A stretch of DNA of 63,328 nucleotides, counting the filler, from Bigelowiella natans CCMP2755 (taxonomy: Eukaryota; Protista; Cercozoa): the NCBI GenBank assembly GCA_000320545.1. It is 4 parts of 4 records of this genome, joined end to end, with 100 filler letters (N's around TTAATTAATTAA, not from the genome) between each part and the next. Parts side by side here need not be neighbours in the genome. Positions count along the whole stretch, not along the records: positions 41,711 to 63,328 come from ADNK01002600.1; 3 more parts are not named here. One strand, 5' to 3'. The notes beneath the pieces were generated by a model that ran no database searches, was not told where the DNA came from, and was given only the letters and a program-made list of their open reading frames with translations. Every line of letters starts with the position of its first letter. Position 1 is the first letter of the stretch. The position numbers were made by a program, and so were the translations under genes. Positions 49,861 to 63,328 of this stretch are shown here, piece after piece.

Positions 49861-50825
49861 GTGTGTGTGTGTTTTCCACAGTCTAAAGAGGATGCTGAGG
49901 CCGCTGAGGCGGAGGCAAGGGCTACAGCAGAAGATCTTCAGGTGCTGCTACTGCCAATCTTGGAGTATCAATTGAAGATATGTCATAATAATTTCGCAGT
50001 GAGGAAGGCTCGCGCATGCACGTTTTTGTCGCCATCTTTGCTGATTCACAAACTGATATTGACCTGTGTTGCCTCCATAACCTTCCCCCCGAAATACCCC
50101 CCATTTTCCTTAAAAACAGGCAACACTCAACTGGTTCTATTGCAGCTTCTATTTCTTCTCTGCAGAGTGCTACACCAACACTACCTCGGTGTTCCCCGGA
50201 AGGGATACGATGTAAGCGCAATCGATGATACATTGACCATGAGGATGATGAGGCAGACATACTCATCTTCCGATGACATCTTGTGCACATCCATGTCATT
50301 GGCCATTAGAATTACAGCAGACACATGCCCTCACACGCATCTGTTTTCACGGAATACGCTTACGGCTTCAATCCGGCACTGCCAAAAAAACCAACGACGG
50401 TTTTCGCGCTAAACTGTGCGTGGAGCCTGCATTGTGCTATAATGCGAGGTTTTTCCAATGACGGGAAGTGTCGTCAGGTACATCTACAACTATCGCAATC
50501 TGACATTCGATGCGATCTACAAAGACCTCTCGGGCCATGAACCTCCGAATCTTGACTGCCCTGCTATTTTAGTCGATCGGTGAGAATCAAACCGCAAAAA
50601 GTGCGGAAGATAGATCCACACTTACGTCGATTTAAATCGGATATAATGTCGCTTGCGCGTATACTCAACCTTTCCGCCACCATAATGCTCAGGTACGCGA
50701 ACCCCGTATTTCGCGTGCCCTTCGATGAAGCGGATTACTTCAAGCATAGTATCGGGAGGCAGAACATGAACAGCAATCTGCTCTACAATTTTTTCAACAG
50801 CACGTGTAAGTTGTATGATACTTGA
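46722..50825 (+). CDS. Multi-exon protein with a probable C2-like domain and one transmembrane helix
   Basis: Exons CIRVYLCTISGV.., FEELSRTSVHYFDEPDP, NKKIDLLATNELLGVYE (C2-like) and GAILALLLVVMTIGIIISITYY (TM). The C-terminal part is unrecognised. Confidence 0.55.
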
Positions 50826-51123
50826 AAAAATTGTTTAGGCAGATCCTCGGCTAATCGACCTTATCATACGTGCACTAACTGATCATCATTAAGGCAGGAA
50901 GACATTAGCGAATCGTGGAATAGTTTGTAGCTATATAGTAAGGGTAGCGTTGCAGATCGGTTTTATTTTGTAGCGTAAATTGCACGTGGGGCTACTAATG
51001 TGCCTCGCGTCTAGCTGGCTCTAGCTAGCTGTGCTGCTACAGCAGTACGTTGTATGCGCGCATGCAGCTCCAGTGCGTCAAGACGTAGTAGTGTTCAGTG
51101 CTGCAGCGCACGGCAGAACATGA

Positions 51124-51196
51124 TGTGAGACGGATGTAATGAAGTAGTCAAATGTTTTCAACAGTCGTCCTAACTAGCTAATGTGTAGCTATGCAA
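51124..51196 (-). repeat. Dispersed ~60-bp intergenic element, copy E
   Basis: Reverse complement ..TTAGGACGACTGTTGAAAACATTTGACTACTTCATTACATCCGTCTCACAT. Confidence 0.8.
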
Positions 51197-51815
51197 ATTA
51201 ACAGCATGTGGCACGTGCAAACGCAAAAACTAGATGCTGTTTAATTGAATGCGATAGACAGTGCTAGTAGAGAAGCTAGCAAGACGTAAACAAAGCATAA
51301 TAAATCCTAACTAGTGCACCATCGTATCATCAGCTAGTACAACGCTGCTTGCTCGCTAGGCAATATTATCAACCGCATGGCCAGTCTAGCATGCAATGTA
51401 TTCTTCACGCCCACGACTACATAGCTAGCATACATGCAGGGTCCACATATAAAAATGTCATACTTCTGCTAGCTAGACTTCCATTGCCAAGTGCGCACAT
51501 TATTTAGTAATGATGCAAAACGAGAGCCTCAATCTAGCTGTGCCGGTGCAAATTCTATAGATTTTCACCGCAGGTATATAATGGAACATATGCAATAATT
51601 AATAATCCTTCCAAACAGAGACGAGTGTACTAATTATAATAGTTCGCATTGCGTATGCTGTGCGCGATCGTTGTCCGATCCGTGCAGTTGCTGTCATATT
51701 CGAGCTATATCGCATCTTCACACCATCTTCCCCTTCGTCCAGAATTCCTTGTCTCCTCCACCTTTGCTGCTGCTGCTGCTGCTACGTTCAGCTTCAGTAT
51801 TATAACTCAGTGCTG

Positions 51816-51988
51816 TTAGTCAGGGAGAAGGGACTCGAGCATTGCTCTCAGGTTCCGTGGGGTGTATTTGATATGTTTCCCCATATTGCGCGAAAACTCA
51901 ACACCCCTATACGTGCTGCAGTAGTAAAATGAAGGTATTACAAGCAGCCGTCCATTATCATGATGCAGCTAGCTCCACTCGCAAATGC

Positions 51989-52067
<79 letters not shown>

Positions 52068-52211
52068 TCACTCAAGCACGCACGCACAACACACGCACAA
52101 CGCACGTAAACATGTAAATCTGAACAGCTAGTAAAACTCTACTTAATATTCATCGCAACACACAGGAGGTGCGATGTAATAATACATCACTGACACGATA
52201 TTATGTATAAT

Positions 52212-52257
<46 letters not shown>

Positions 52258-53989
52258 CGCTTATGCGTGTGATATAACACGCTAGTTAAATCGCCCTTAC
52301 TCATAAAATTTCTTGTAATCGTCCCAAATCTTCTTGAGGTTCAAATTCCTGGTGATAATAAACAAAATTAGGTAAGGAGAACTATCGAGAACCTATGACA
52401 GGTTGCGGACACATCACTACCACCACCACCACCACCATCACCATCACCATCATCATCATCATCATCATCATCGTCATCACTATGCCCTCATCATCATGAG
52501 CCCCATCGGCATTAAGGGCCCGAAAGTCATGGAAAATAGCCATTTCATGTGTCGTCGCAGATAGAACGCCAACATCATCGATCTTGACGGTGCAAACAAA
52601 TCATCGAGGTTTTCCCGTATCGTCACCAGCAGCAACACCGGCAGCAGCAGCAGCAGCAGCAGTACCTGATCTGGCTCCTTAAATCCGCGTCTGGAACACT
52701 CCATATGTTCTGGTCTTCATACTGCTTGGCGAACCTGGGGCATGCATTCATTCAATGGAGGTGAAGAGAGGGTTACAGCAGCACACCAAGTAGTAGTAGC
52801 AGTAGTAGTAGTAGTAGAAGTAGAGGAGGAGATTTTCTTAAGCTTAGGATGTGTGAATGAGAGACAAATGCTGCTGCTGCAAGCAATGAAGGTTTGGTAA
52901 AATCCCTGGTGCGAATGTTGGAATGTGCCCTCCCCCTCTCCTCTCCCTGCCCTTCTTTCTATCTGTCATCTTCATATTGAGTAACAATGGCTCCTCTTCG
53001 CTCGAATAAATGCTTACTTGTCATTGAACTCCCTGAATTTGCTCTTTATCATAGATTTTGCCCACCTGGGGATGTGGTGTGAAATGAAGGAGGGTGGGGG
53101 GGGGGAGATCATTAGCGCTACAACCAAGCGCCACTTCACTTTCCCTCTCCTATATCTTCCGTATAATGGGTTCTACCAATCTGGAATGCGTTTATTTCCT
53201 TGCTCAGTGCACCGATCGAGGATCTTCTTCGAGTCGTCCACTGAAATGTGCCTGTATCCAATTATTTCATGGGGGGAGAGAAAGAGAACATACCGGAGGG
53301 TTATAGGCGATCTTTGTTCTGCATATTGGCAGTGTCAATTTTTGACGATGTAGAGAAGAATAGAGAGAGAGAGGAGGGGGGAGGGGGGGGGGGGGGGGAG
53401 GCGAGAGAGGGTTGGTAGGAGTGTTGTACTGGAGAGCTTTGTCCCAGCTGTACTTCAGATACAGTTCTTGTGCATCCTTCATGAGGTTACTATATTCCTT
53501 TTCAAACCCAGCTTCCTACAGACAGAAGGAGTAGGTATCAACGACACAGAGATCAGCAATGTTCCGTATGTGGTGCACACATGTTTCCCTTGCAGTGTTT
53601 AACGACAATAACCCCAACTAGCGGCCGTGTCAAGGGGGGGGGGGGGGGGCAACGCAAAATGAGGAAACTTTCATGATTTTTCAAGAGCGTGTTGGAAACT
53701 CGCTAATGCATTGTTGTTCTCATGCTTTTCGCTCAATATTAAGACCGAATTGTTGGCATTGCTTAAAAACAACAAATACAAATACTGTAAGCATCTTTTA
53801 TAGCACCTTCAGATCGCTTTGCAGCTCGCCCACCTCGCGTATGCGTTTCGAGATGAAGTGGTAGTTGTTTAACAGGAATATCTATAGGGGAGGGGCAGGC
53901 AGGATGCCAGCATATCATCATCAACGGCAAAATACAAGATACTTTCCTTCTTTGCCAGAAGAATGGCTTTATTAGCAATAATGCACATT

Positions 53990-54026
<37 letters not shown>

Positions 54027-54280
54027 TATTCAAGAATTTCTGGCTCTTCTGGCTGAGCTAGATGTTCCACGATGCGTTTTGTCCCGCAACACAACATTGA
54101 CCGTGTTGTGAATATGCATTGATCATTTTGGTTTGTTAGTCTAAATTCGAAAGTCGGGTTCTATGTGCGTTCATTCACCTGTGACAAGGAGGGATTTCTG
54201 TAGCGCTTCGATATCTGATGATATACGCTAATGGGTGCATATGTGCATATGTGCATGTGTGTATGTGTGTGTGTGTGTGG

Positions 54281-54320
<40 letters not shown>

Positions 54321-55671
54321 CAGTGAATGTTCTTCCAACTAACCAATTGTTTGTTTTTTGATTATGTCCTACTACCTCCACTAGCGTGGATTTGAGGGTG
54401 TCAATTATAGTGAGTATCACAGAACCCTAGCAGCAGATGATAAAAAATAAATCAACAAACGATTAACATCTAATGAGCGATGTGATTTCAAGTCGCTGCA
54501 TTTTTGTGCGCTCTGGTGCGAGTCTCGTCTTCTCCGGGTTGCCTTTCTTTTCTTCGCCTGTTTTCTTCTTCTTCTTCTTCTCTTTCTTCTCCTTCTTCTT
54601 CTTCTTCTTCTACATCTTCTTCTTTAAATCTAGGAAAGACGAGTCCTATAATTATCATTGTCCCACTCACCACGATCGAGACGGATTTCCGCTTCTTTGG
54701 AACGCGGAGAAACTCCTTCAGCTCCGAGCATCTACAGATAACGATAAACAGTGATCATCATGATGATGACGATGACGGTAGTGGCGGTGGCAATGAGTCA
54801 AGAACAAAACCCAACTTCTCGCCATCGCTATATTCTACCTGCTATTTATCCACTACCACTACCAATACTACTACTACTACTACTACTACTACCTCCGAAG
54901 ACAAGGATGCTCGAGGACTTCTCGATACGGTAACAACCCATTGACTAAGAAACTAAAGCACTTGACCGTCCCCTGAGTGTTGCGGTGCAATGTATTAAAA
55001 CCTTGGTTGCATGGTGATGAAGGTGATGATGGTTATGATAATGGTGGTGGTGAGGGGTCTACTGGCGTGTTGGCCCTTCTTACGAACACGGTTGTTTGGC
55101 GTCACAAATCATCTCTTATTTTATTTTATTTTTAAATATGTATCGAGTAAAATATAATGTGTGTGTGTGTGTGTGTGATTAGGACGAGTGTCTATGCATT
55201 TACAAGCGTCCTCATGATCGCGCGCTTTCGGGATACAAACAAAACAGCAATAAGAAGAACGCTTATTCTTACCTGCCAAACAGTTCCATCGGAGGGGAGT
55301 CGTTTCTTCTGCCCTCCTCGCTTCTTGCTGTACCCGTAGCTCGACGCACTTGCAGCACCGTGGGACTTGATCTTCTCCTTTTGCTTCAGTATGCGCGTTT
55401 CGTATCTAATAACGTGGCGTGTGTGGTAGTGTTAGTGTTAGTGTGTGTGTGTGTGTGTGTGCATCGTTTGTTGATGGGAGGAAAAATCGATGTTGTATTC
55501 TGAAAACTAACACTCAAGCACCGATTTTTATTATGCAAGCGATTATACTTTACTGCATAGTTGCAGGATACAAAATATTTTAACGATACACCATCCCCTC
55601 TTAAAATGTGTACAATGAAAAACTCCCTTTTCCGCCGCCCCCCTTCACCCCACTAACGTATGTATGTGACA

Positions 55672-55708
<37 letters not shown>

Positions 55709-55719
55709 CACACACAGCG

Positions 55720-55762
<43 letters not shown>

Positions 55763-55969
55763 GAAGCATACTCGTGAAAAGAGCGGCCGCACGCCTTGGA
55801 AATAGTCTTCTGCAGACCCATCATCTTGCTAAGAAAATAGGCGACGAGATCATGCACAATCTATCACATACTCTACCCCAAAGCAATAGTGGTGATGATG
55901 AAGATGATGATGATGATGATGATGATGATGCGTATATGCGCTTTTGATTGTGTGTTTGTGTGTGTGTGC

Positions 55970-56009
<40 letters not shown>

Positions 56010-57249
56010 AGTTTCAGAATTGCATCATCCCCGTCACCCACCACACGGATATGCGTGGATGATGATCATAATCGTAATTATTACGTATACGCAGCTGCAT
56101 TATCGGTCCCCCCCCCACCCTCCTCGGAGTTCCTCAGAGCGGACATAAAATCTCGATGCACCGAATTATATCTAGCAAAGTCACAATAATGAATGACGAC
56201 ATAAAGCATTGAACAACTCTCATTTTGGTAGAGGAAATTTAAGATTCGAGTGCAAACTTTGGCAATTCCCCCCCCCCCGCCTCTCTCCCTTTCTATCAAT
56301 CGATCGATCTTACTCTCCGAGCATGTCGAGCAGCACTAGAGGGTTGGAATGGCTGAGGTCTTTGGCTGTTTTTGCCCACTTTTTGATCAAGTAGTCAACG
56401 GGGACCTCCATGATGCGGCCGACATACCTGCTCATCACCACGAACAAACAACAAAGCAAAAAAACTCACCCAAATGCTACGGCAGAAGTATGAGGAGGAG
56501 GAGGAGGACGAAATATCTAAATATATTCTATTATTTTATCCACATCATCATCATCATCACATCATGGATCATACTCTAAACAAACGTACTCTGAGTAGAG
56601 AGAGTGGGGCAGGTTGCCATTATCTTTGAGCAGCATGTTCGGGAACTGTGATTCCAAGATTACGATCTGCATGGTCAGGTGCAGCAGAAATATCGCCTGG
56701 TGGCTCCCTGTATGACGGCGAGTGCAGGAGGGGGGGGGGGGGTAGAATGAGATGGAATATGTATATGCATGCATATCCTTGGAGAGAATGATGGGTGAGA
56801 GAGAAGGATAGAATTACGATTGCACATATTTTTAGCACATGCTTATACTAATACAGGCGTTGGCTGCTTTATCGTCATCATCGTCGCCATCATCATCATC
56901 ATCATCATGAGTCTAATTAAATAATACCCCGAGCGTATCGTTCTGCCTCGGCTGGTTGCTGCAGCACGGCTTGCTGTTGCCCCCCCCCTTTCTTGTTGGA
57001 GCCGGAGAAGAGAGGATTCGTCTCCTTCTTCTCTATGGTTTGCGTGAGAAAGTCGCTCACGAAGGAGGATCTCTCGGAAACGAGCTTATCCAAATACCTT
57101 TGTTGTTGTTGTTGTTGTTGTTGTTTTAATGACGATAACGATGATGACGATGATGAAGACAATGGTGAATTGTGCGAGCGTATGGCGTGCTACAGGAGTA
57201 CCATGACTGTGGTGATGCAGGTAATAGCAACACACGCGAAGTGATGCTT

Positions 57250-57296
<47 letters not shown>

Positions 57297-58243
57297 TTCT
57301 GGCTGCTGCTGCTGCTTGTGATGTGTTGATTCTGCTGCTTGCTGTCTATCCCTTCTCGTTTATTCATTAGATGCGAAAGTAACAAATCACACTGTCATCA
57401 TGCAATACTCGGTTTGGCTGTTCAGGAAGAGGAAGCTCGCTATCGATCCCATCTTCACAACAAGGCCCTTGTTTATCATATCGAGGACGTCAAACTCGTC
57501 GCCATCCTTCTCATCCTCTCCATCCCTGCAACGACGTAGCAACCGACGAGTCTCAATCGGCAAGAACAGCATTGGGAAAGCAGAGAAAAGAAGAAAACCA
57601 CAGCTGCGAAAAAGGCCATGAGAATAAAGATGAGGTGAATTTGGGAAAAGGAGGTCTAAGACCCATCCCCCCCCGCCCCTTCTCCCCATCCCCCCCTCTT
57701 ACGACGCTGACCGACCCATGCTTTCGGTCTCCCGGAACACCTTCCGCCATAGAAAAAGCACTCGCATCGGCCTCCCCCCGTCCCCCCCCTCCCAATTTGA
57801 GGAAGTTGCCTCCGATCGCAGAGAGGCCACCAACGCTGCTTTGGCACTCCATCTCCTGGCCTTGGTCAGCTGCCCCGTCATCTTCACCTTCCCCGTGCTC
57901 TCTATAGCGATTACGTAGCCGTCGCCAATGATGCGCCCTATTATTGGGTAGGCGTTCCGAGGGAGCGAGGGAGACATAGGTTCATCCGGAAGTAAATGCA
58001 CGTGAATTCGATAGGGAGGGGGGGGGGAATCACCAACCGATTAATAATAACATAGCTGCTGTCAAAAATGTGGGGGGAAACAATCGTTTATGAAACTACA
58101 CTAAATAATCCTAGCAAGTCGTGTTTTATGCGCTCGTGACTAACTCGGCTCATGTAAGCATACTTGCAGAATAAGGGTAATTGCTGCTTTTTCTCTGAAT
58201 TTTTGCATCGCGTAATAAGTTTAGCGGCCCTCCCCCCCCCCCC

Positions 58244-58294
<51 letters not shown>

Positions 58295-58469
58295 CACCTG
58301 AGGAGATCCTTGGCTCGATACGGCTGGGTTACGGAGTCAGAAAGTCTCCGGAAAAACTCCCTCATGCACTCCTTGACTCCGTCCTCCAGCAACTCCTTCA
58401 ATTTATGCAATGCCTCGGATCCTTTACGGAATTTGCTGGAAATGGGGAATCGTATCGTTAGTTGCAATG

Positions 58470-58509
<40 letters not shown>

Positions 58510-58600
58510 CATTACTACTTGCTTACGTATATCGGCATGCAAGGTGAAGTGGTCTTTATGCTAATTAACTGCCATTATCCCTCCGAAGTGTTGCAGGCCG

Positions 58601-58641
<41 letters not shown>

Positions 58642-59378
58642 ATATAATATGTGCATATGTGCTACTGACCTATTCGCTTTAAAGTATTGGACGCCCATAT
58701 GCACGTTCTTCAGCCAACCAAGATATGCTTTGTAATCCGCTTCGATCGATGGTATCTTGATTCGGAGGGAGGAGGGGTAGAAGGGTGTGTGTGTGTGGGG
58801 GGGGGGGGGTAAGAGAAACTACAGTATCCTTCTCACGGCTGTGATAGAGATATGTGTCGGGAGACGGAATTTCACTTGAAGTAGGAAATATGATGGTATG
58901 CTGCTACAGTCCTACCTCATGTGGGCTTGTATTTGCTAGCTGCACATTGAAGATCAGCTCATCAACCTGAGAGTAGACGGAGAAGGAGAGGGGTCAAACA
59001 TGATATGGTATATCTAGATAGTATATGGAGATAGGTGGGCGGAAAGAAAGTGAGAGGGAGAGGTGCGAACGTACTAGTGCGCTATTATTACCTTTGTTAT
59101 GGTCATCTCAATATTGACCTGCCTCGTGGTAAGTGTCTCCGTCTGACTGTATTAGCATGTGTCGATAATTTAGCGATTCAGTTAGAACATATACATATAA
59201 TTTTCATACTCAAGGATGGGTTGCACGGTATGATCAAGAGTTTGGAGCTTGTCCTCAAATGACTGAAGAATCTCCATCATGCTGTCCGTGAGAGCCTGGC
59301 AACTTGCCATGCTCTCTTTCACTATCTCGATCTTGGAGAGCTCCCTCTGCACACATATAAACACACGCAGACGCACGG

Positions 59379-59418
<40 letters not shown>

Positions 59419-59497
59419 GTGCATAAGTTACGAAAATTCAGGACGAAAGAAAAGATCTGAGAGTTACCGTCCATCGATCGTCGCCGCCCGATCCCAT
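51816..59497 (-). CDS. EXO70: Exocyst complex component Exo70, many exons
   Basis: MGSGGDDRWT|RELSKIEIVKESMASCQALTDSMMEILQSFEDKLQTLDHTVQPI.., LPSDGTVWQ, IFLLNNYHFI, YLKYSWDK, IKSKFREFND, QNIWSVPDADLRSQIR, YKKFY, EFSRNMGKHIKYTPRNLRAMLESLLPD*. Confidence 0.93.
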
Positions 59498-60428
59498 CGG
59501 TGTTCCGAGGGAAAGAGAGTCTTCTTCTAAACGTAAACGTCTCTGCAAAGATTGAAGCAAAATCATTTGTTGTCACTGCCAAAGCGGGAAGAACCATAGT
59601 TTCTTTCCCAGGTTAGATGCTATGCCAGCACCCCTTCTTCTCGCCAACAATCTGTCCAACTTCTCTGTCGATCAAGCCTGTTCTTACACTTCTCTCCCCC
59701 CCTTCCTTCAGATAGATACCTAGAGAGCTTAGATAAATGAAGAGTAGCTGCTTGGCCGGAAGTGGTCCAGTTCACTGGATGGGGGGCTTCTTGAGTAGAC
59801 CAAAATATTCAGATATTTTCTCGATAGGATATTAATCTCTATTGAGAAAGAATCTGCCAGATATCCCAGAAAAACGCAGGCCAAATTCGGCAAATGTGAG
59901 CGAGGAAGCAGCCCGTACCGCTGAATTCGACAAAGAAAGTGTTGCAGCTACTGTTGCCTGATAAATTGGCCTTGGGATGTCTTCGGGAGTAATTCGGGAC
60001 TTGTCCGAAGTCACGATTTTGCATCTGCGACAACAAAATTGGATTGTCGCAGTATCGTTTCTTCCGGGATATTTGAACTGGGTCGCCCACAGAAACAGAA
60101 GTGAAATTCACAAACTGGAAGGGGGCGAGGTACTCGTGATAACGAAGTCCTTTCCCACCCGCTCGCCTTACTTCTCTCTGCCTCTCCTCCATTCTTCTGT
60201 TTGCCTGCTGTCTAATGAGTCCAAGAAGGGCCTCATTGTTTCGTGCCTAAAACCTCACCCCAGACCCGTCTCCTTTTTGTGTTGCTGGGGTCAGTCGGCT
60301 CGAATTCTTTTGTTTTGCAGTAATCTGCCAGAAAGGAGGGGTATTTCTCGCTAACATAAAATCAGCTTAATTGCCAGGCATATTGACCTCTGGCTCACAC
60401 TTCATCGGAGGCGGAGGAAGCTCTAGCG

Positions 60429-60962
60429 ATGAAGCGTTTGGCGTGTGATATCTTCCGCTTGATCAGCGACAGAGAATTTGCCCATCTATCAGACGCGAAG
60501 GTACGCGCGGCTGCAAGAGCAATCGCTAGAAGTCATATTTAAGAAATATATTTCAAAAAAAATTGAGCAGTTGATGATACCAATCCAGCCTCTCCTATTA
60601 ATTTTCCCGCTGTTACGCGCTTCTACTGCAGGTTCGGTGCTCTGATGGTGACATCATCGACGTCCACATCGACATTCTACGAATGCGCGTGGAACGTCTG
60701 GAGCACGTGCTGGCGTTAACGAATTCGAGCAACAACAGCGCGAAAAGTGACCTCGATCAAGGTGCGGACAGCGATGCTGTCGCAGCAATGCAACACTGTG
60801 AGGTTGGCGGGCTCGATGATGATGAGGAGGGCAGGGAGGATACAAAGCAGCAATCCCTAGATGCTACTACCACTGGAAATGTCCTCGATCTGACGGCTTT
60901 CCCCCCAGAAGCTGTCAGATGGGTAGTCATAACAACTACTTGAAAATAGACACGCACGCACA

Positions 60963-61019
<57 letters not shown>

Positions 61020-62706
61020 GGGGGGGAGGGACAGAGCGGTGACTGTATGAGCGCACATGATGTCATAATAATATTTCCAGGTAATTAAATTCATTTACGG
61101 AAACGGACTTTGTGGTGGGAAGGAGGGAGGGGGGGGGGGAGGGGTAGCAGAGGAGCAGCAAGGATCCTGCTCTTCAACGAATTTCCCGTTTGGGCACTTA
61201 GATGCGGTGCGAAAGCTAGATCGACTCCTCCACGTAAGAAGACTTCAAGCTTACCTCCGCAAAACTTTCGGATTTGGAATGGAGCGTAAGGATGTGGGGA
61301 TGGGCGGGAGAAATAGGAAGAAAAGCGCCGATTTCTTCGATCTCAAGCGATTTGATGGGGGCAACGTACGCATCGTGGCCGGGAATGGAAAAGAGCGGCA
61401 TGCTTTCACAGTTGCGGCCTCTGTGCTGTCTGTGCGGAGCAGTTTCTTCGCGGTACTGCAACAGCCCATTTGATTTCACAATGTTAAATATGAGGGAGGA
61501 GTTGTAGCGAGAATGCGAACAATATTTGCGAGAGCATAGCCAGGAAACCGCAAATTGCAGGACAACACACGTCATCCCCGTCCTACGCACAAATTTGAGC
61601 AGAATCTGATTTTTATCGACGTATACACCTGCGATGATGTCTTAATATGTACTGCAAACACCATTTACTCATCGTCATAACCGCACGGTGGTTGTCGCAC
61701 TGAGAAAGCTGTACTAACGTTTTACCTGCCGTTTTTCCTTCCAACGCCAGGCCCTTTTCTCCCAAAAATGGATGGATATGAGAGGAGAATCAGAGAAGGA
61801 GGGGGGTGAGAAGAAACGTCGGATCGGGCTGAGCGGAGACGGCAAGAAAATGACTGCTGCGCCATTAGCCAAAATTGAGAGTGACTATAATGAAGACGAG
61901 GCCGGAGGACGCAAACAACTGGTGGATATTGTATATGCCCCATTTGACCAAAAAAAGAATCAATATTCTTTTGTCCGGGAAACTTTATGTCTTTCGCGGG
62001 AAAAAAGGCGTCAGCATAGTTGTTGAAAGAGGCCAGAGAGGAAAACATTGTATCTTCGCATATGGGATTCCCTCTCTCTATCTCCTGACTGTTTTTTTTA
62101 GTGTCAAAGGATGTTGCTTAGAGTTCCTTAAAGATGATAGCTATGTGTTGTATGTTACCTTGATGGCAGTACTAATACTACTACTACTACTACCTCACTA
62201 CTACTACTACAACTTCTGCGTGATCATCTTCCCATATATAGATCCAGACGTTCCATTTTGCAGACATTTCGCCACAGGTGAGAGATGACGATAACTACGA
62301 CTGATGCAATACTCCATCACACTTTGAATTGATTAATCACTCTACTACTTCAAGAAAGATGAGCAAGTTCTTCTTCACTCCGTCCGCTTGTAAATGGCAC
62401 CATAGGTGATGCACATCTTGCTACACTACTCGCTCTCGGGGAAGCTCCCCTCCAAGCCCCTCATCATCCTGGACGCAGGGGAGGAGGAGATTCTGAGATC
62501 GAAGAACCACAGCAGAAGTGGCATGAGGAAGAACACCGTCTCCACCCCTACCACCACTACTTCGCCGATATCACCAGTGGTAGTAGCAGCGGCGCAGTGC
62601 GAAGGTGGTGGGGGAACCAAGCGTTACAACAACTGCAGCAGTAGTGCTCGCACAGAAAAGAAAAGCGAAATGAGGTGTCCTCTCCTCCCAACCCCCTCCA
62701 CCGCCC

Positions 62707-62743
<37 letters not shown>

Positions 62744-62782
62744 CCCCCCCCCCTCTATCGTGTCGTTTCGTATATTCTTCCA

Positions 62783-62821
<39 letters not shown>

Positions 62822-63328
62822 AAAAAATCCGGGGAAAATGATGTAAGAATGGGAGGAGTTACTACAGTGGTTGAGGTCGTGTATGTATATCTCGCCGCAG
62901 CAAACATACCCCATCATCTACGCCACAACGCCCTCAAACCTGCACGTTTGTTCACAGCTTGCCGATGGAGACGTGCGTGGCAGTGCTGCATGCCGCGCTA
63001 TACTTTGGCATGGAATACCTCGCTAGTGACGTCGAGTGGATGATAGTGCAGGCTTTGACGAGGGAGAACTTGGCCAAAGTATGGTCTGCAATCCCCGTCG
63101 TCCCCCAATCAGGAAATCGGTAGTTACTAGAAAAAGAAGAAGAAGAAGAAGAAGAAGAAGAAGAAGAGGGAGCGGGCTCATAGCAGCATCGCGTGTTGTT
63201 GTACGAATGTATCACTCACACTCACAAGATATCGTGTATTTCTCGTCGAGAGCAAAACGCAAGCAGCAGATGTATCGTCGCACATATTTAAAAAAAAATT
63301 ATCGTAGCGTGAACGTCAGCCTATCCCC
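60429..63328 (+). CDS. Tandem BTB/POZ domain protein, running off the right edge
   Basis: HLSDAK|VRCSDGDIIDVHIDILRMR..LDLTAFPPEAVRW|VIKFIYG; second BTB GNVRIVAG..FTVAASVLSVRSSFF..VMHILLHYSLSGKL..VLHAALYFGMEYLASDVEWMIVQALTRENL. Confidence 0.78.

Noticed and set aside
2783-59497. Functional cluster of trafficking genes (ARFRP1, AP1G1, EXO70)
   Set aside because: They are separated by unrelated genes and consistent with chance; no shared regulatory motif seen.
169-63215. Many short ORFs with YIYIYI, CVCVCV, SLSLSL, THTHTH or ERERER runs
   Set aside because: Translations of intronic microsatellites or antisense shadows of real exons.

Overview
Intron-rich eukaryotic nuclear DNA with three 100-bp scaffold gaps. 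Signal-peptide-bearing YqgF and a PPR protein suggest an alga with a secondary plastid (chlorarachniophyte-like; inference only). Spliced genes rebuilt by eye: threonine synthase, ARFRP1, RPS14, a J-domain/FN3/CCCH protein, YqgF, AP-1 gamma adaptin, an SMYD-type SET-MYND protein, a PPR protein, a probable C2-domain membrane protein, Exo70, a tandem-BTB protein and several hypotheticals. Two partial copies of a young Ty3/gypsy-order LTR retrotransposon (identical 326-bp LTRs) flank the SET gene. Three observations stand out. (1) Sharply bounded non-genic patches have lost TpA except in CTAG, apparently by TA->TG/CA change, which suggests an undescribed RIP-like hypermutation of opposite polarity. 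(2) The retrotransposon integrase is unusually compact and carries a C-terminal Dam-like adenine-methyltransferase-fold domain and a central PPT copy. (3) A ~60-bp dispersed element is confined to the TA-depleted spacers between convergent genes. All gene models are manual and the boundaries are approximate.
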